DNA of 64,000 bases from Polyangiales bacterium (GTDB taxonomy: Bacteria; Myxococcota_A; Polyangia; Polyangiales; Ga0077539): contig JBGARZ010000008.1 of NCBI GenBank assembly GCA_044229975.1, positions 288,001-352,000 on the forward strand, given 5' to 3'. The translations under genes and the position numbers were made by a program. A model generated the notes under the pieces. That model made no database searches. It had not been told where the DNA came from and saw nothing but the letters and a program-made list of their open reading frames with translations. This document shows, piece by piece, positions 9,549 to 19,608 of the stretch (position 1 is its first letter; each line of letters opens with the position of its first letter).

Positions 9549-10955
9549 ATGCCACCGATGGCCGCGCAACCCTCCATCACGCTTCGCTTCGACGCCGGAA
9601 CACTGCTCATCGACGGCTTTCTCGAAGGCGCGAGCGAAGGGGCGACGCTGCCGGGGTGCGTCTGGGATGCCCGGGTCCAGCGGCTTCGGTCCCCGGCCTG
9701 GCGGTACCGCGAGGTGGTGACGGCGCTGACGCGGCTGGCGCGCGGGGGCACCATCGCCTTCACGGACGAGGCGCGTGGATACGCCGTGCTGGAGGTGACC
9801 CACCGGGCGCAGCGGACGCCCTTCGAGCATCAGCGCGAGGCGGTGGCGGCGTGGAGGGCGGCGGGCAACCGGGGTGTGGTGGTGTTACCGACGGGGGCGG
9901 GCAAGAGCTACGTGGCCGAGATGGCCATCGCGCTGGCCCAGCGGAGCGCGCTGGTGGTCGCCCCGACGCTCGACCTGATGAACCAGTGGTACGACATCCT
10001 GCTTACGGCCTTTGGCGAGAAGGTGGGATTGCTGGGCGGCGGCTACCACGAGCCGGGCGACCTCACGGTGGCCACCTACGACTCGGCGTGGATGCACATG
10101 GACCGCCTCGGCGCGCGCTGGGGGCTGGTGATCTACGACGAGTGCCACCACCTGCCGGGGGCGTCGTACCTGGGCGCGGCCGAGGCTTCGATCGCGCCGT
10201 TTCGGCTGGGTCTGACGGCGACGCTGGAGCGCAGCGACGGGCGTGAGGCGCTGCTCAACGACCGCGTCGGGCCGGTGGTGTACAGCCGCGGCATCAAGGA
10301 CCTCGCGGGCGATCACCTCGCCGAGTACACGGTCGAGACGCTGATGGTCGACCTCACCGCGGACGAGGCCACGGCCTACAACGAGCACCGCGAGACCTAT
10401 CGAAACTTCGTGACCGACGAGGGCATCCGCATGGCCTCGCCCGACGGGTGGGCGCGCTTCCTTCAGGCGAGCGCGCGCAGCCCGGCGGGTCGTCGGGCGC
10501 TGCTGTCATACCAGCAGCAGAAGCGCATCGCGCTGGCCTCGCAGGGGAAGATCGATGTGCTGGAGGGACTGCTGCGACAGCACGCGAAGGACCGGACGAT
10601 CATCTTCACCAACGACAACGACACGGTGTACGCGATCGCGCGGCGGTTCTTGATTCCGGCCATCACGCACCAGACGGACGTGAAGGAGCGGCGCGAGGTG
10701 CTGGAGCGCTTCAACTCCGGCGCGTACCCCGCGGTGGTCACGTCGAGGGTGCTCAACGAGGGCGTCAACATCCCCGAGGCGCGCGTGGCCATCGTGCTGA
10801 GCGGAACCGGGAGCGTGCGGGAGCATGTTCAGCGGTTGGGGCGCATCTTGCGACGGCAGGAGGGGAAGAGGGCGGTGCTCTACGAGGTCATCACCCGCGG
10901 CACCGGCGAAGAGCACCAGTCGGGCAGGAGGCGCGAGCACGATGCTTACCGCTGA
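9549..10955 (+). CDS. XPB/Rad25-like SF2 helicase
   Basis: LPTGAGKS, DECHH, LGLTAT, VLNEGVNIP, QRLGRILR. Confidence 0.92.
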   Translation: MPPMAAQPSITLRFDAGTLLIDGFLEGASEGATLPGCVWDARVQRLRSPAWRYREVVTALTRLARGGTIAFTDEARGYAVLEVTHRAQRTPFEHQREAVAAWRAAGNRGVVVLPTGAGKSYVAEMAIALAQRSALVVAPTLDLMNQWYDILLTAFGEKVGLLGGGYHEPGDLTVATYDSAWMHMDRLGARWGLVIYDECHHLPGASYLGAAEASIAPFRLGLTATLERSDGREALLNDRVGPVVYSRGIKDLAGDHLAEYTVETLMVDLTADEATAYNEHRETYRNFVTDEGIRMASPDGWARFLQASARSPAGRRALLSYQQQKRIALASQGKIDVLEGLLRQHAKDRTIIFTNDNDTVYAIARRFLIPAITHQTDVKERREVLERFNSGAYPAVVTSRVLNEGVNIPEARVAIVLSGTGSVREHVQRLGRILRRQEGKRAVLYEVITRGTGEEHQSGRRREHDAYR

Positions 10956-12237
10956 CCTCATCCGCGCGAGGGTGGTGAAGGGCGAGGTCCGGCCGCGCTA
11001 TGTCGCTGACAATGACCTCGACGTGCGGGCGCTCGCCGAGGAGATGACCGGGGTGTTTCGCGCGCACCTGGGCAGGCGCCGCGTCGAGCTCGACGACGCG
11101 CTCACGCAGCTCACCGGCGAAGGAACCGACTACCTCCTGCACCGCGGCCTCGCGAAGCTGCTCTTCGACAAGTCGAGCTACGAGGTGCGCTCGCCGCTCG
11201 CGCCCGTCGATCTGCGGAGGGCGGTGTTCGAGGCGTCGGCGAAGGTTCATCCCGCGGTGCGGGTGGCGGACGCGGTGCACACCGTCACGCGCGACGACGT
11301 GCTCGCGCAGGTGGCTGCGTCGCTGGGCGTGGACGTCGCTGCGGTGGAGCAGGGTCTCTACGCCGACCTCGAAGACGAGCAGGTGATGACCGAGGCGCCC
11401 GACCTCACGGGAGAGGCGCTGGTGCAGCGGTACAACCTCGCGCTCGCGCAGGCGGCGCTGCTGCGGGCCACGCGGCTGGTGGTGTACCTCGAAGAGGGCG
11501 ACCCCTCGCGCTTCCGGCAGTTGTTCCGGTGGGTGAAGTTCTATCGGTTGATCCACAAGGCGGAGAGGGCGGAGGGCGGCGGATGGATGCTCACGCTCGA
11601 CGGGCCCATCAGCGTCTTCCAGCAGTCCAACAAGTACGGGTTGCAGCTCGCGGAATTCCTCCCCGCGCTGCTGCTGTTTCCGGCGTGGCGCGCCGAGGCG
11701 CAGCTCCGCTGGGGGCCGCAGAAGCGCGACATGGCGTTCCGGGTGTCGAGAGAAGACGCGCTGGTCTCCCACCTCCCCGACAAGGGCGCGTACATCACGA
11801 AGGAAGAGCAGTGGGTGCTCGATCGCTTCGCGGCGCTGAAGACTCCATGGACCTTGAGCCGCGAAGGCTCGCTCATCGACCTCGGTGGCAGAGGCGTGTT
11901 GATCCCCGACTTCGTGGCGCGGCACACCGACGGGCGCGAGGCGCTGGTCGAGGTGCTGGGCTTCTGGCGCAAGGAGACGCTCGCGGCGCGCATCGAGCTG
12001 CTCAAGGCGGCGGGGCCGGGCAACCTGGTGCTGGCGGTTCCGTGGAAGCTGCGCGGCGACGCGGAGGGCGAGGCCGCGGCGACGGGAGTGGAGGCGCTCT
12101 TCTTCAAGGAGGTCATCGTCGCCAAGGAGCTGCTGGAGCGCGTCGAGCGGGTGGCCGCGAAGCCCGTTGCGACGGGTGAGACAGGCAGCGCGCCGCTGGC
12201 ACCTGCGAAGGCGAAGAGGGCGCGCCCGAAGAAGTGA
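10942..12237 (+). CDS. DUF790 family (Bax1-like) nuclease
   Basis: MLTADL start overlapping the helicase, LYADL, RYNLALAQAAL, LDGPISVF..KYG, IPDF..VEVLGFW. Confidence 0.88.
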   Translation: MLTADLIRARVVKGEVRPRYVADNDLDVRALAEEMTGVFRAHLGRRRVELDDALTQLTGEGTDYLLHRGLAKLLFDKSSYEVRSPLAPVDLRRAVFEASAKVHPAVRVADAVHTVTRDDVLAQVAASLGVDVAAVEQGLYADLEDEQVMTEAPDLTGEALVQRYNLALAQAALLRATRLVVYLEEGDPSRFRQLFRWVKFYRLIHKAERAEGGGWMLTLDGPISVFQQSNKYGLQLAEFLPALLLFPAWRAEAQLRWGPQKRDMAFRVSREDALVSHLPDKGAYITKEEQWVLDRFAALKTPWTLSREGSLIDLGGRGVLIPDFVARHTDGREALVEVLGFWRKETLAARIELLKAAGPGNLVLAVPWKLRGDAEGEAAATGVEALFFKEVIVAKELLERVERVAAKPVATGETGSAPLAPAKAKRARPKK

Positions 12238-12258
12238 TCTGCGCTACGGTCGCGCGCG

Positions 12259-13077
12259 ATGAGCAGCACGACCGGATTCCGTCAGTCGGTGAAGCGCGGC
12301 CTCCATGCGACGGGCTTGCTCGACCTGGCGCGGCTTGGGATGCAGGCGAGCGGGATGGTGCTCGACCTCCGCAAGCTGCCCGGAACGGTGGCGGCGCTGC
12401 CGTGGTTCGTCCGCTCGTGGCGCGAGTACACCGCGATGGGGGCGGCGGCCCCGAGGGTGCGCGACGCCTTCCCCTGCCTCGACGACCGCGGCGAGAGCGC
12501 CGGGTCAGCGTCGGGTCACTACTTCCATCAAGACCTGTGGGCCGCGCGCAAGGTGCACGCCTCGGGCGTCGCCGAGCACGTCGACGTGGGCAGCCGGGTC
12601 GACGGCTTCGTCGCGCACGTGGCGTCGTTCACCGACGTGGTCTACGTCGACCTGCGGCCGCTCGAAGCCAAGGGGCACCCTCACATCAAGGCCCGCGTCG
12701 GAACGGTGCTGGGCCTGCCCTTCGACGACCGCTCGGTGCGCTCGCTGTCGTGCCTCCACGTCATCGAGCACATCGGCCTCGGGCGCTACGGCGACCCGCT
12801 CGACCCGGACGGATCACGCAAGGCGCTCGCCGAGCTCCAGCGCGTGGTGGCGCCGGGCGGTGACTTCTACCTGGGTGTTCCGGTCGGGCGCGAGCGCGTG
12901 TGCTTCAACGCCCATCGGGTGCTCTCGCCGCGCACCGTCCTCGGCGCCATGAACGAGCTGTCGCTGGTGGAGTTCAGCGGCGTCGACGACCGCGGCGACC
13001 TCGTGCGCGACACCGACCCGGCGGGCTTCGAAAACGCCGACTACGCGTGCGGGTTGTTCCACTTCACGCGGCGGTAG
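12259..13077 (+). CDS. DUF268-like / SAM-methyltransferase-fold protein
   Basis: GHYFHQDLWAA, HVDVGSRVDGF, SLSCLHVIEHIGLGRYGDPLDP, FNAHR. Confidence 0.82.
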   Translation: MSSTTGFRQSVKRGLHATGLLDLARLGMQASGMVLDLRKLPGTVAALPWFVRSWREYTAMGAAAPRVRDAFPCLDDRGESAGSASGHYFHQDLWAARKVHASGVAEHVDVGSRVDGFVAHVASFTDVVYVDLRPLEAKGHPHIKARVGTVLGLPFDDRSVRSLSCLHVIEHIGLGRYGDPLDPDGSRKALAELQRVVAPGGDFYLGVPVGRERVCFNAHRVLSPRTVLGAMNELSLVEFSGVDDRGDLVRDTDPAGFENADYACGLFHFTRR

Positions 13078-13087
13078 TGCCTGTGGG

Positions 13088-13312
13088 CCGGAGTTCGCGT
13101 GCCCCCGTTGCGGGGGCGTGCAGTCGCTCACTCCGGGCTATTTCAGGTGGTCACCTCGCTGCGCGAGGTTGCAGGGACCGCAGCCGACGATGAGTCGAGC
13201 GATGGGTGGTTCGTTGCCACCAATGCTGCAACCTCGCGCAGCGAGGTGACCACCTGAAATAGCCCGGAGTGAGCGACTGCACGCCCCCGCAACGGGGGCA
13301 CGCGAACTCCGG
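13088..13312. repeat. Perfect 87-bp inverted repeat with 51-bp spacer (REPIN/MITE-like) between convergent genes
   Basis: 13088-13174 is the exact reverse complement of 13226-13312; each arm contains internal palindromes (GCCCCCGTTGCGGGGGC, ACCTCGCTGCGCGAGGT). Confidence 0.92.
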
Positions 13313-14815
13313 TCACACCTTCTCGAAGCTGCCGCTGGTGAGCGTCAGCCGACCCGTCGGAATGGTCACCACCATGCGCGCGCCGTCGCCGCCGTCCTCG
13401 CGGTTGAGCACGGCGATGGAGCCGCCCGCCTGCTCCACGATGGCGGCGCTCGTCGGCAGCCCGAGGCCCGTGCCCTCGCCCGCCGGCTTCGTCGTGAAGA
13501 AGGGCTCGAACACCCGCTCCCGCAGCGCCGCCGGGATGCCCGGTCCGTCGTCCACCACCTCGATGACCACCTTCGTCTCGTCGAGGCGCGCCGTGATGGC
13601 GATCTGCCCCTTCGAGCGACCGTCGCCGCGGATCGCGTCGGCCGCGTTGAGCGCGAGGTTGAGCACCACCTGCACCAGACGGTCGCCCGAGACCAGCACC
13701 GTGGGCAGAGGGTCGTCGGTCTCCACCGTGAGCGCGATGTCCCGCATGGACTTCTGCGGCTGCAACAGCCGACGCACCTGCTCCAGGGAGTCGCGCACGT
13801 CCGCGTTGGGCTCCACGGGTGTTCCGTCGAGGCGCGGCGGGGCGGCCGACCCGGGTGCCGCGCGGGCGTAGTCGAGGAGCTGCCGCACCGTGCGATGGAT
13901 GCGCTGCGCCTCGTTGCCGATGCGCCCGGCGAACTCCTTGTTCTCGTCCTCCTCCAGGCCGCCGTCGCGCATCACGTCGGCCAGACCCACGATGGCCGCC
14001 AATGGGTTGCCCACCTCGTGCGCGATGCCCGCCGCGAGGCGACCCACCACCGCGAGGCGCTCGCCGCGAACCACCTGCTCCTGCGCGCGGCGGAGGTGGG
14101 CGCTCGCCTTCTCCAGCTCCTGCACCTGCTTGGAGAGCTCGGCCTCGCGCGCCGCGAGCTGGTCCGTCATCCGATTGAACGCCGACGCCGCCCGCACCAC
14201 CTCCTCGGCGCCGCGCTCCTCGGCGCGCACGTCACGACGCCCGGCGGCCACCCGTTCGGCCGCGCGGGTGAGGCCCTCCATCGGGCGAACGATCCAGCGG
14301 GTGAGCGCGAGGTACACGAGCCCGATGGCGAGCAGCCCCGAGAGCCCCGTCGAGAGCAACACCGCGGGCGGAACCGTCCGTTCCGCCGCGCCCGGCGACA
14401 GCGACGTCTCGGCGACGAAGACCCCGCGCCCCGGCAGCAGCACCACCACGGCCATCATGTCGCCGGAGACGCGCACGTCGGTGAAGGGCGGCGGGGCGAG
14501 CGATGTCGGCAGCGTGAGCGACCCGTAGATGGACAGGAGGTGACCGTTGAGGTCGTAGAGCGCCGCGCCCGAGAGGCCACCCTCGCCCACGCTGGCGGCC
14601 AGCAGCGGTTGCACCCGCGTCGGGTCGGGCGTGAGCGAGACCTCGCCCGCGACGGAGCGCGCGAGGGTCATCCCGAGGCGGCGGCGCGCGATGCGCCCGG
14701 AGGCGACGGTGAGCGGGTACACCGCGGCCAGCGCGAGCGAGGCGGCGATGGCCAGCGCCACCAGGAGCGCCAACGCGAATTGGGCGCGCAGACCGAAGCC
14801 CCGACGTTCTTCCAT
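13313..14815 (-). CDS. HAMP-domain sensor histidine kinase
   Basis: 2 TM helices, HAMP, AHEVGNPL H-box, QVVLNLALNAADA, DDGPGI, FEPFFTTK, GTGLGL. Confidence 0.95.
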   Translation of the reverse strand: MEERRGFGLRAQFALALLVALAIAASLALAAVYPLTVASGRIARRRLGMTLARSVAGEVSLTPDPTRVQPLLAASVGEGGLSGAALYDLNGHLLSIYGSLTLPTSLAPPPFTDVRVSGDMMAVVVLLPGRGVFVAETSLSPGAAERTVPPAVLLSTGLSGLLAIGLVYLALTRWIVRPMEGLTRAAERVAAGRRDVRAEERGAEEVVRAASAFNRMTDQLAAREAELSKQVQELEKASAHLRRAQEQVVRGERLAVVGRLAAGIAHEVGNPLAAIVGLADVMRDGGLEEDENKEFAGRIGNEAQRIHRTVRQLLDYARAAPGSAAPPRLDGTPVEPNADVRDSLEQVRRLLQPQKSMRDIALTVETDDPLPTVLVSGDRLVQVVLNLALNAADAIRGDGRSKGQIAITARLDETKVVIEVVDDGPGIPAALRERVFEPFFTTKPAGEGTGLGLPTSAAIVEQAGGSIAVLNREDGGDGARMVVTIPTGRLTLTSGSFEKV

Positions 14816-14871
14816 GGTGGAGCCGCGATGCTATCGCGGACGGGCCTCGGGTGGTGCGATGGTCACCGCCG

Positions 14872-16125
14872 ATGATCGCCGCTGCGCAGGCCCGCCGCTT
14901 CCTCGTCCGACGACACCTGCTGGCGCCGCCGCGGTCGCTGCCCGCTGATCCCGCGTCGGTGCTCACCGTGGCGCGGCGCTTCGGGTCGCTCCAGTTCGAT
15001 CCGCTCGATGCGCCCGGCGCGCGCAACCACGAGGCCGTGCTGCACGCCCGCATCGAGGGGTACACCCGCGGCTGGTGCGAGCAGCACCTCTACGGCCCGC
15101 CCGCCACGCGCTCGCTCATCGAGCTCTGGAACAAGTCGCTCAACATCGTCCCCATCGAAGACCTGCCGGCCCACCAGCACGCGTGGTCGAAGGCCAGGGT
15201 GCGCCACGCGAAGGGCATCCTCACGAAGCGGAAAGCCGTCGCCGAGACCATCCTCGAAAGCGTTCGCACCGCGGGCGCGACCGGCACGCGCGCCATGGCC
15301 CGCTCCCACGCCGGGTCCGTCGACTGGTACTGGGCGCCCACCTCCGAGGGCCGCGCCGTCGCCGAGGCCCTCTTCGAGACGGGCCGCCTCGGCATCGCGC
15401 ACCGCGAAGGCAACCACCGCGTCTTCGACCTCCTCGAACGCCTCCACCCCACGCTCGCCCCCGCCCTCGACGTCGATGACGCCGAGCGCGTTCGACTGCT
15501 CACCCGCCACCGCGCCGTCGGCCTCATGGGCGCTGGCGGAGGCGCCGAGCTCTTCACCGGGCTCGGCCCCGCCGCGGTGCGCGCCCGCTCGCTCCGCGCC
15601 CTCCTCGACCACGGAACGCTCCTCCCGGTGGCCGTCGAGGGTGTGCGCGGCGAGCGGTACGTCCTCGCTGATGAGCGCGCTCTTCTCGACGCGTGCGCCG
15701 ACGACCACGCTCCCCTGCGCGGCGTCACCCTGCTCGCGCCGCTCGATCCCTTCGTGTGGGACCGCGCGCTCCTGCGATCGCTCTTCGACTTCGACTACCG
15801 CTGGGAGGTCTACACGCCCGCGCACCTGCGCCGCTTCGGCTACTACGCGTTGCCGCTGCTCTGGGGCGACCGGCTCGTGGGTCGCGTCGAGCCCTCGCCC
15901 GACCGCGCGAAGGGCCGCCTCGTGCTGAAGGGATTGTGGTTCGAGGACGGCTTCGACCCGCTGTCCGCGGAGGGTTTCGTCGACGACCTCGGCGACGCCG
16001 TCGAGGCATGGCGGCGCTTCGTCGGAACCGCCACCGTCACCGCACCGCGCACCCGCGTGGGCCGCGCGATCGCCGAGGCGTGGCGGCGCGACGGTCGCGT
16101 GGCGCTGACGACGAGCGCCCGGTGA
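14872..16125 (+). CDS. YcaQ/AlkZ-family (HTH_42) crosslink-repair DNA glycosylase
   Basis: LQFDP, LLAPLDPFVWDR..LFDFDYRWEVYTP..RRFGYYALPLLWGDRLVGRV. Confidence 0.9.
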   Translation: MIAAAQARRFLVRRHLLAPPRSLPADPASVLTVARRFGSLQFDPLDAPGARNHEAVLHARIEGYTRGWCEQHLYGPPATRSLIELWNKSLNIVPIEDLPAHQHAWSKARVRHAKGILTKRKAVAETILESVRTAGATGTRAMARSHAGSVDWYWAPTSEGRAVAEALFETGRLGIAHREGNHRVFDLLERLHPTLAPALDVDDAERVRLLTRHRAVGLMGAGGGAELFTGLGPAAVRARSLRALLDHGTLLPVAVEGVRGERYVLADERALLDACADDHAPLRGVTLLAPLDPFVWDRALLRSLFDFDYRWEVYTPAHLRRFGYYALPLLWGDRLVGRVEPSPDRAKGRLVLKGLWFEDGFDPLSAEGFVDDLGDAVEAWRRFVGTATVTAPRTRVGRAIAEAWRRDGRVALTTSAR

Positions 16126-17405
16126 GCGACGCGCGCGGCTCGTTGTGGGAGCCCCTCACCCACCGCAACTTCCGCCTGCTCTGGGTGGGCTTCGTCACCT
16201 CGCAGGTGGGCGACATCATCCAGATGCTCGCGCAGGCCTGGCTCGTCGTAGAGCTCACCCACTCGGCCGCCCTCGTCGGCCGCCTCGCCGCCGTGCAGGC
16301 CGCGCCGCGACTCCTTCTCGGGCTCTTCGGCGGCGTGCTCGTCGACCGCGTCGATCGTCGTCGGCTGCTGCTCGCCACGCAGTCCCTCGCCGCGCTCCAG
16401 AGCGCCGCCTTCCTCGCGCTCTACCTCTCGCACCGCGTCACCTACAACGTACTGCTCGTGCTCGCGTTTGCCCTCGGCGTGCTCGACGCGCTCAACCTCA
16501 CGGCCCGCGCCGCGCTCATGCCCACGCTCGTCCCGCGGCCGATGATCCCGCGCGCCGTGGCGTTGCAGGCGCTCGGGGTCAACGTCACGCAGCTCCTCGG
16601 TCCGTCGCTCGGCGGCGTGCTGCTCGGGTGGGTTCACGTCGAGGGCTGCCTCGTGGCCAACCTCGTGTCCTTCAGCGCGCTCGTGCTGTCGCTGCTGGCG
16701 ATGAAGATCCCGCCGCGCGAGGTGATCGCGGGCCCGACGCCCTCGGTCGGTGACGCGCTGCGCGAGGGCGGGCGCTACCTGCGCGCCAACCCGGGGCTGC
16801 TGTGGTCCATCGCGCTCGCGTACCTCGTGGGGGTGTTTGGGATGCCGCTGGTGCGGCTGCTCCCGCTCTACGCCAAGGTGGTGCTCGCGACCTCGGGGCG
16901 CGGCTATGGGTTCCTCGCGGCGGCGTCGGGCGTGGGCGCGCTCGGGGCGAGCCTGCTGGTGACGGCGCGCTCGTCCGCCGAGCGGGTGCCGCGCAACATC
17001 GTGGTGTCGGGGGCGATCTTCTCGGCGGCCGTCGTGGCCTTCGCGCACACCCGCAACGTACCCATCGCCGCGGCGTGCCTGGTGGTGTTCGGCGGGTCGC
17101 AGATGGCGTTTCGATCGGCGGTGATGACACGCATCCAGACGGAGGTGCCGGACCAGTTGCGAGGGCGGGTGGTGTCGGTGCTCGCGATGGACTTCGCGCT
17201 CTGGTCGCTGGGGGCGGCGGTGTTGGGCGCGGCGGTGGATGCATATGCCCGCGAGCACGCGTCGCTGCCCGCGTCGGCGCCGCTGTCGGCTGTTCCGCGC
17301 GACGCGATGACGGCGGGGCTCAGCGCGGGGCTCACCGCCGCAGGGATCGTGTGCGCCGTGGCGACGCTGGCGTCGGCGCGAGGGGTGTTGCGACGCGAGG
17401 GGTAA
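16122..17405 (+). CDS. MFS transporter (MFS_3-like)
   Basis: HRNFRLLWVG, GGVLVDRVDRRRLL, about 12 TM segments; GTGA overlap with the upstream gene. Confidence 0.9.
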   Translation: MSDARGSLWEPLTHRNFRLLWVGFVTSQVGDIIQMLAQAWLVVELTHSAALVGRLAAVQAAPRLLLGLFGGVLVDRVDRRRLLLATQSLAALQSAAFLALYLSHRVTYNVLLVLAFALGVLDALNLTARAALMPTLVPRPMIPRAVALQALGVNVTQLLGPSLGGVLLGWVHVEGCLVANLVSFSALVLSLLAMKIPPREVIAGPTPSVGDALREGGRYLRANPGLLWSIALAYLVGVFGMPLVRLLPLYAKVVLATSGRGYGFLAAASGVGALGASLLVTARSSAERVPRNIVVSGAIFSAAVVAFAHTRNVPIAAACLVVFGGSQMAFRSAVMTRIQTEVPDQLRGRVVSVLAMDFALWSLGAAVLGAAVDAYAREHASLPASAPLSAVPRDAMTAGLSAGLTAAGIVCAVATLASARGVLRREG

Positions 17406-17447
17406 GCGGCGGAGGCGTTGGGATGAGGGAGTGGGCCGAGGGAAATG

Positions 17448-17570
17448 GCCGCCAGGACGCAAGGGTCGCAAGGGAGTGATGGGATAGGCGTTCGAGCATT
17501 CGAGTGGTTCGCCCTTCGTCGGGCGGCGTCTCTTCCCGTTGTTCCCTTGCGACCCTCGCGTCCTGGCGGC
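17448..17570. repeat. 28-bp inverted repeat pair (1 mismatch), REP-like
   Basis: GCCGCCAGGACGCAAGGGTCGCAAGGGA (17448-17475) versus TCCCTTGCGACCCTCGCGTCCTGGCGGC (17543-17570). Confidence 0.8.
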
Positions 17571-17646
17571 TTTCTCCCGCCGCGAACGCGGTCAATGCCA
17601 ATCCTCCCCGCACCGCTGTCCGGTTCGTCTGGTAGCGTGCGCGCCC

Positions 17647-18252
17647 ATGACGAAACCACGACTCACCTATTTCGACATGGCCGTCAGCCGCGGCGAGGAG
17701 TGCCGCCTCGCCTTCGTGATCGCGGGCGTCGACTTCGACGACCACCGCCTCTCGCGCGAGCAGTGGGCCGCGCTCAAGCCGAACACCCCCTTCGGCGCGG
17801 TGCCCGTGCTCGACGTCGAGGGGCATCCTCCGCTCGCGCAGTCCAACGCCATCCTCACGTACATCGGGCGGACGTACGGCGTGCACCCGAGCGATCCCAT
17901 GGAGGCCGCGCGGCACGAGGCCGTGCTGGCCCACGTCGAAGACCTCCGCGCGAGCGTGGCCGTGCCGCGCGGCGCCGACGAGGCGACCAAGAAGAGCGCG
18001 CGTGAGCAGATGGCCGCGACGACCATCCCGACGTGGGCGGGCTACGTCGAGAGGCAGATCGGCGACGGGCCGTTCTACGCGGGCGAGCGCCCGATGGTCG
18101 TCGACATCAAGCTCTACATGGGCATGCGATCGTTTCGCCGCGGCGTGATGGATCACATCCCGACGACGGTCTTCGACGGCTTCCCCAGGCTCATCCGACT
18201 CTACGACGCCGTCGAGGCTTGGGCGCCCGTCAAGGCGTGGATGAGCCGCTGA
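17647..18252 (+). CDS. Glutathione S-transferase
   Basis: LTYFD..SRGEECRL, KPNTPFGAVPVL, LAQSNAILTYIGR. Confidence 0.9.
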   Translation: MTKPRLTYFDMAVSRGEECRLAFVIAGVDFDDHRLSREQWAALKPNTPFGAVPVLDVEGHPPLAQSNAILTYIGRTYGVHPSDPMEAARHEAVLAHVEDLRASVAVPRGADEATKKSAREQMAATTIPTWAGYVERQIGDGPFYAGERPMVVDIKLYMGMRSFRRGVMDHIPTTVFDGFPRLIRLYDAVEAWAPVKAWMSR

Positions 18253-18304
18253 CGAATCAGCCCCTCCGTTGACCCGTCGGCCGTCACGCGCCGATGATGG
18301 CCGT

Positions 18305-19480
18305 ATGAGCTCAGGCAACCACAACGGCTTCGGGGGGTTTCCGCAGCAGCCGCCGGGATGGGGCTTCGCACCGCCGCAACAGCCGCCGCCGCAGCAGTGG
18401 GGCGGCGGGTATCGCACCCCGACGAGCCCCATCGCGCCCAACGCCGACGAGACCTGGTTCGAGGTGGAGGTTCCCTTCGCGGGGGCCGCGGTGCCCAACC
18501 GCTGCGCGTGCTGCTGCGGGCCGCACGAGGTGCGTCGCACCGCCACCACCACCGTCACCGTCGGCCGAACGCACTACACCCGCCGCATGGACATCCCCTA
18601 CTGCCGCGCGTGCGACGCGACGGTGCGGGCGGGCGCGCGACGCGGGCTGTGGCTCGGGCTCATCGGGCTCGCGGTCGCGGCGGCCTTCCCCTTCGTGCTG
18701 GGCTTCGCGTGGGAGTACGCGCCGGCGCCGGTCACCTTCGTCGCCACACCGCTCGTCGCCCTCGCCGCGCTCTTCCTCCTGGGAACGCTCTGGAAGGAGA
18801 CCCCCATCGCCCGCGAGCGCAACGCCACGTCGGGCTCGCGCGACGCCGTGTGGATGCTGCCCTTCCACATCGGCTCCAACCCGACCCGCCTCGCCGGGAC
18901 CAACGAAGCCTGGATGCGCCAGCTCGCCGAGCTGCACCACGTCGCCGTCGCCCCACGTGGCAAGCGCCGCGCGACGGCCGCCCGCTACATCGTGGTGCCC
19001 ATCCTCGCGACGCTCGCGGCCATCCCCGCGTGGTTCTCGCTGCACGGCCACGTGTACTTCGACAACCCCACGCTCTCGCCGCTCACCTTCGACATCGACC
19101 ATGGCCTCGCCGAGATCACCGTCCCCGCCGGGGGCCACGACGACCTCTATCTCCCGTATGGGCGAACGGTCATCGACGTGATGTTCAACGGGCGCGCGTC
19201 CGACCGCATCACGGGCGAGGTCGAGCGCTTCGGCAAGCACGTCGCGACGCCCTTCGGGCGGGCCTGCTACGCCACCACGAGCAGGGCCTACGGCACCGCG
19301 ATGGTGCACGGTCCGAGCGCGGAGAGGGCCACGCCGGGCCTGCGCTGGTACACCCTCGACAACGTGCAGCACGTGCTCGAACCCCTGCCCCACAGCGTAT
19401 CCGTGGGCCGCGGGCAGAGCGGGGCCACGCGCCACGGCTTCGTGCGGGTCACCTGTCCGACCGCCTGGCCGATGCTCTGA
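18305..19480 (+). CDS. Hypothetical membrane protein with Pro/Gln-rich N-terminus and CxxC motifs
   Basis: PNRCACC, IPYCRACD, 3 TM segments; codon usage typical of the window. Confidence 0.7.
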   Translation: MSSGNHNGFGGFPQQPPGWGFAPPQQPPPQQWGGGYRTPTSPIAPNADETWFEVEVPFAGAAVPNRCACCCGPHEVRRTATTTVTVGRTHYTRRMDIPYCRACDATVRAGARRGLWLGLIGLAVAAAFPFVLGFAWEYAPAPVTFVATPLVALAALFLLGTLWKETPIARERNATSGSRDAVWMLPFHIGSNPTRLAGTNEAWMRQLAELHHVAVAPRGKRRATAARYIVVPILATLAAIPAWFSLHGHVYFDNPTLSPLTFDIDHGLAEITVPAGGHDDLYLPYGRTVIDVMFNGRASDRITGEVERFGKHVATPFGRACYATTSRAYGTAMVHGPSAERATPGLRWYTLDNVQHVLEPLPHSVSVGRGQSGATRHGFVRVTCPTAWPML

Positions 19481-19525
19481 TCGCGGCGCGGCCGCAGACC
19501 TCACGCCCGTCGTCCACCCACAACG

Positions 19526-19600
19526 TCATCGAGCCACCGCGCGGGCGAGCGTCGACTTGCCCGAGCCGGAGGATCCGACCACCACCACGCGCGACAACAC
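19526..19600 (-). pseudogene. 24-codon stub of a P-loop kinase (adenylate-kinase/FlaR-like N-terminus)
   Basis: VLSRVVVVGSSGSGKSTLARAVAR followed by a stop, 8 nt downstream of the preceding gene. Confidence 0.6.
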
Positions 19601-19608
19601 CGACCGGC

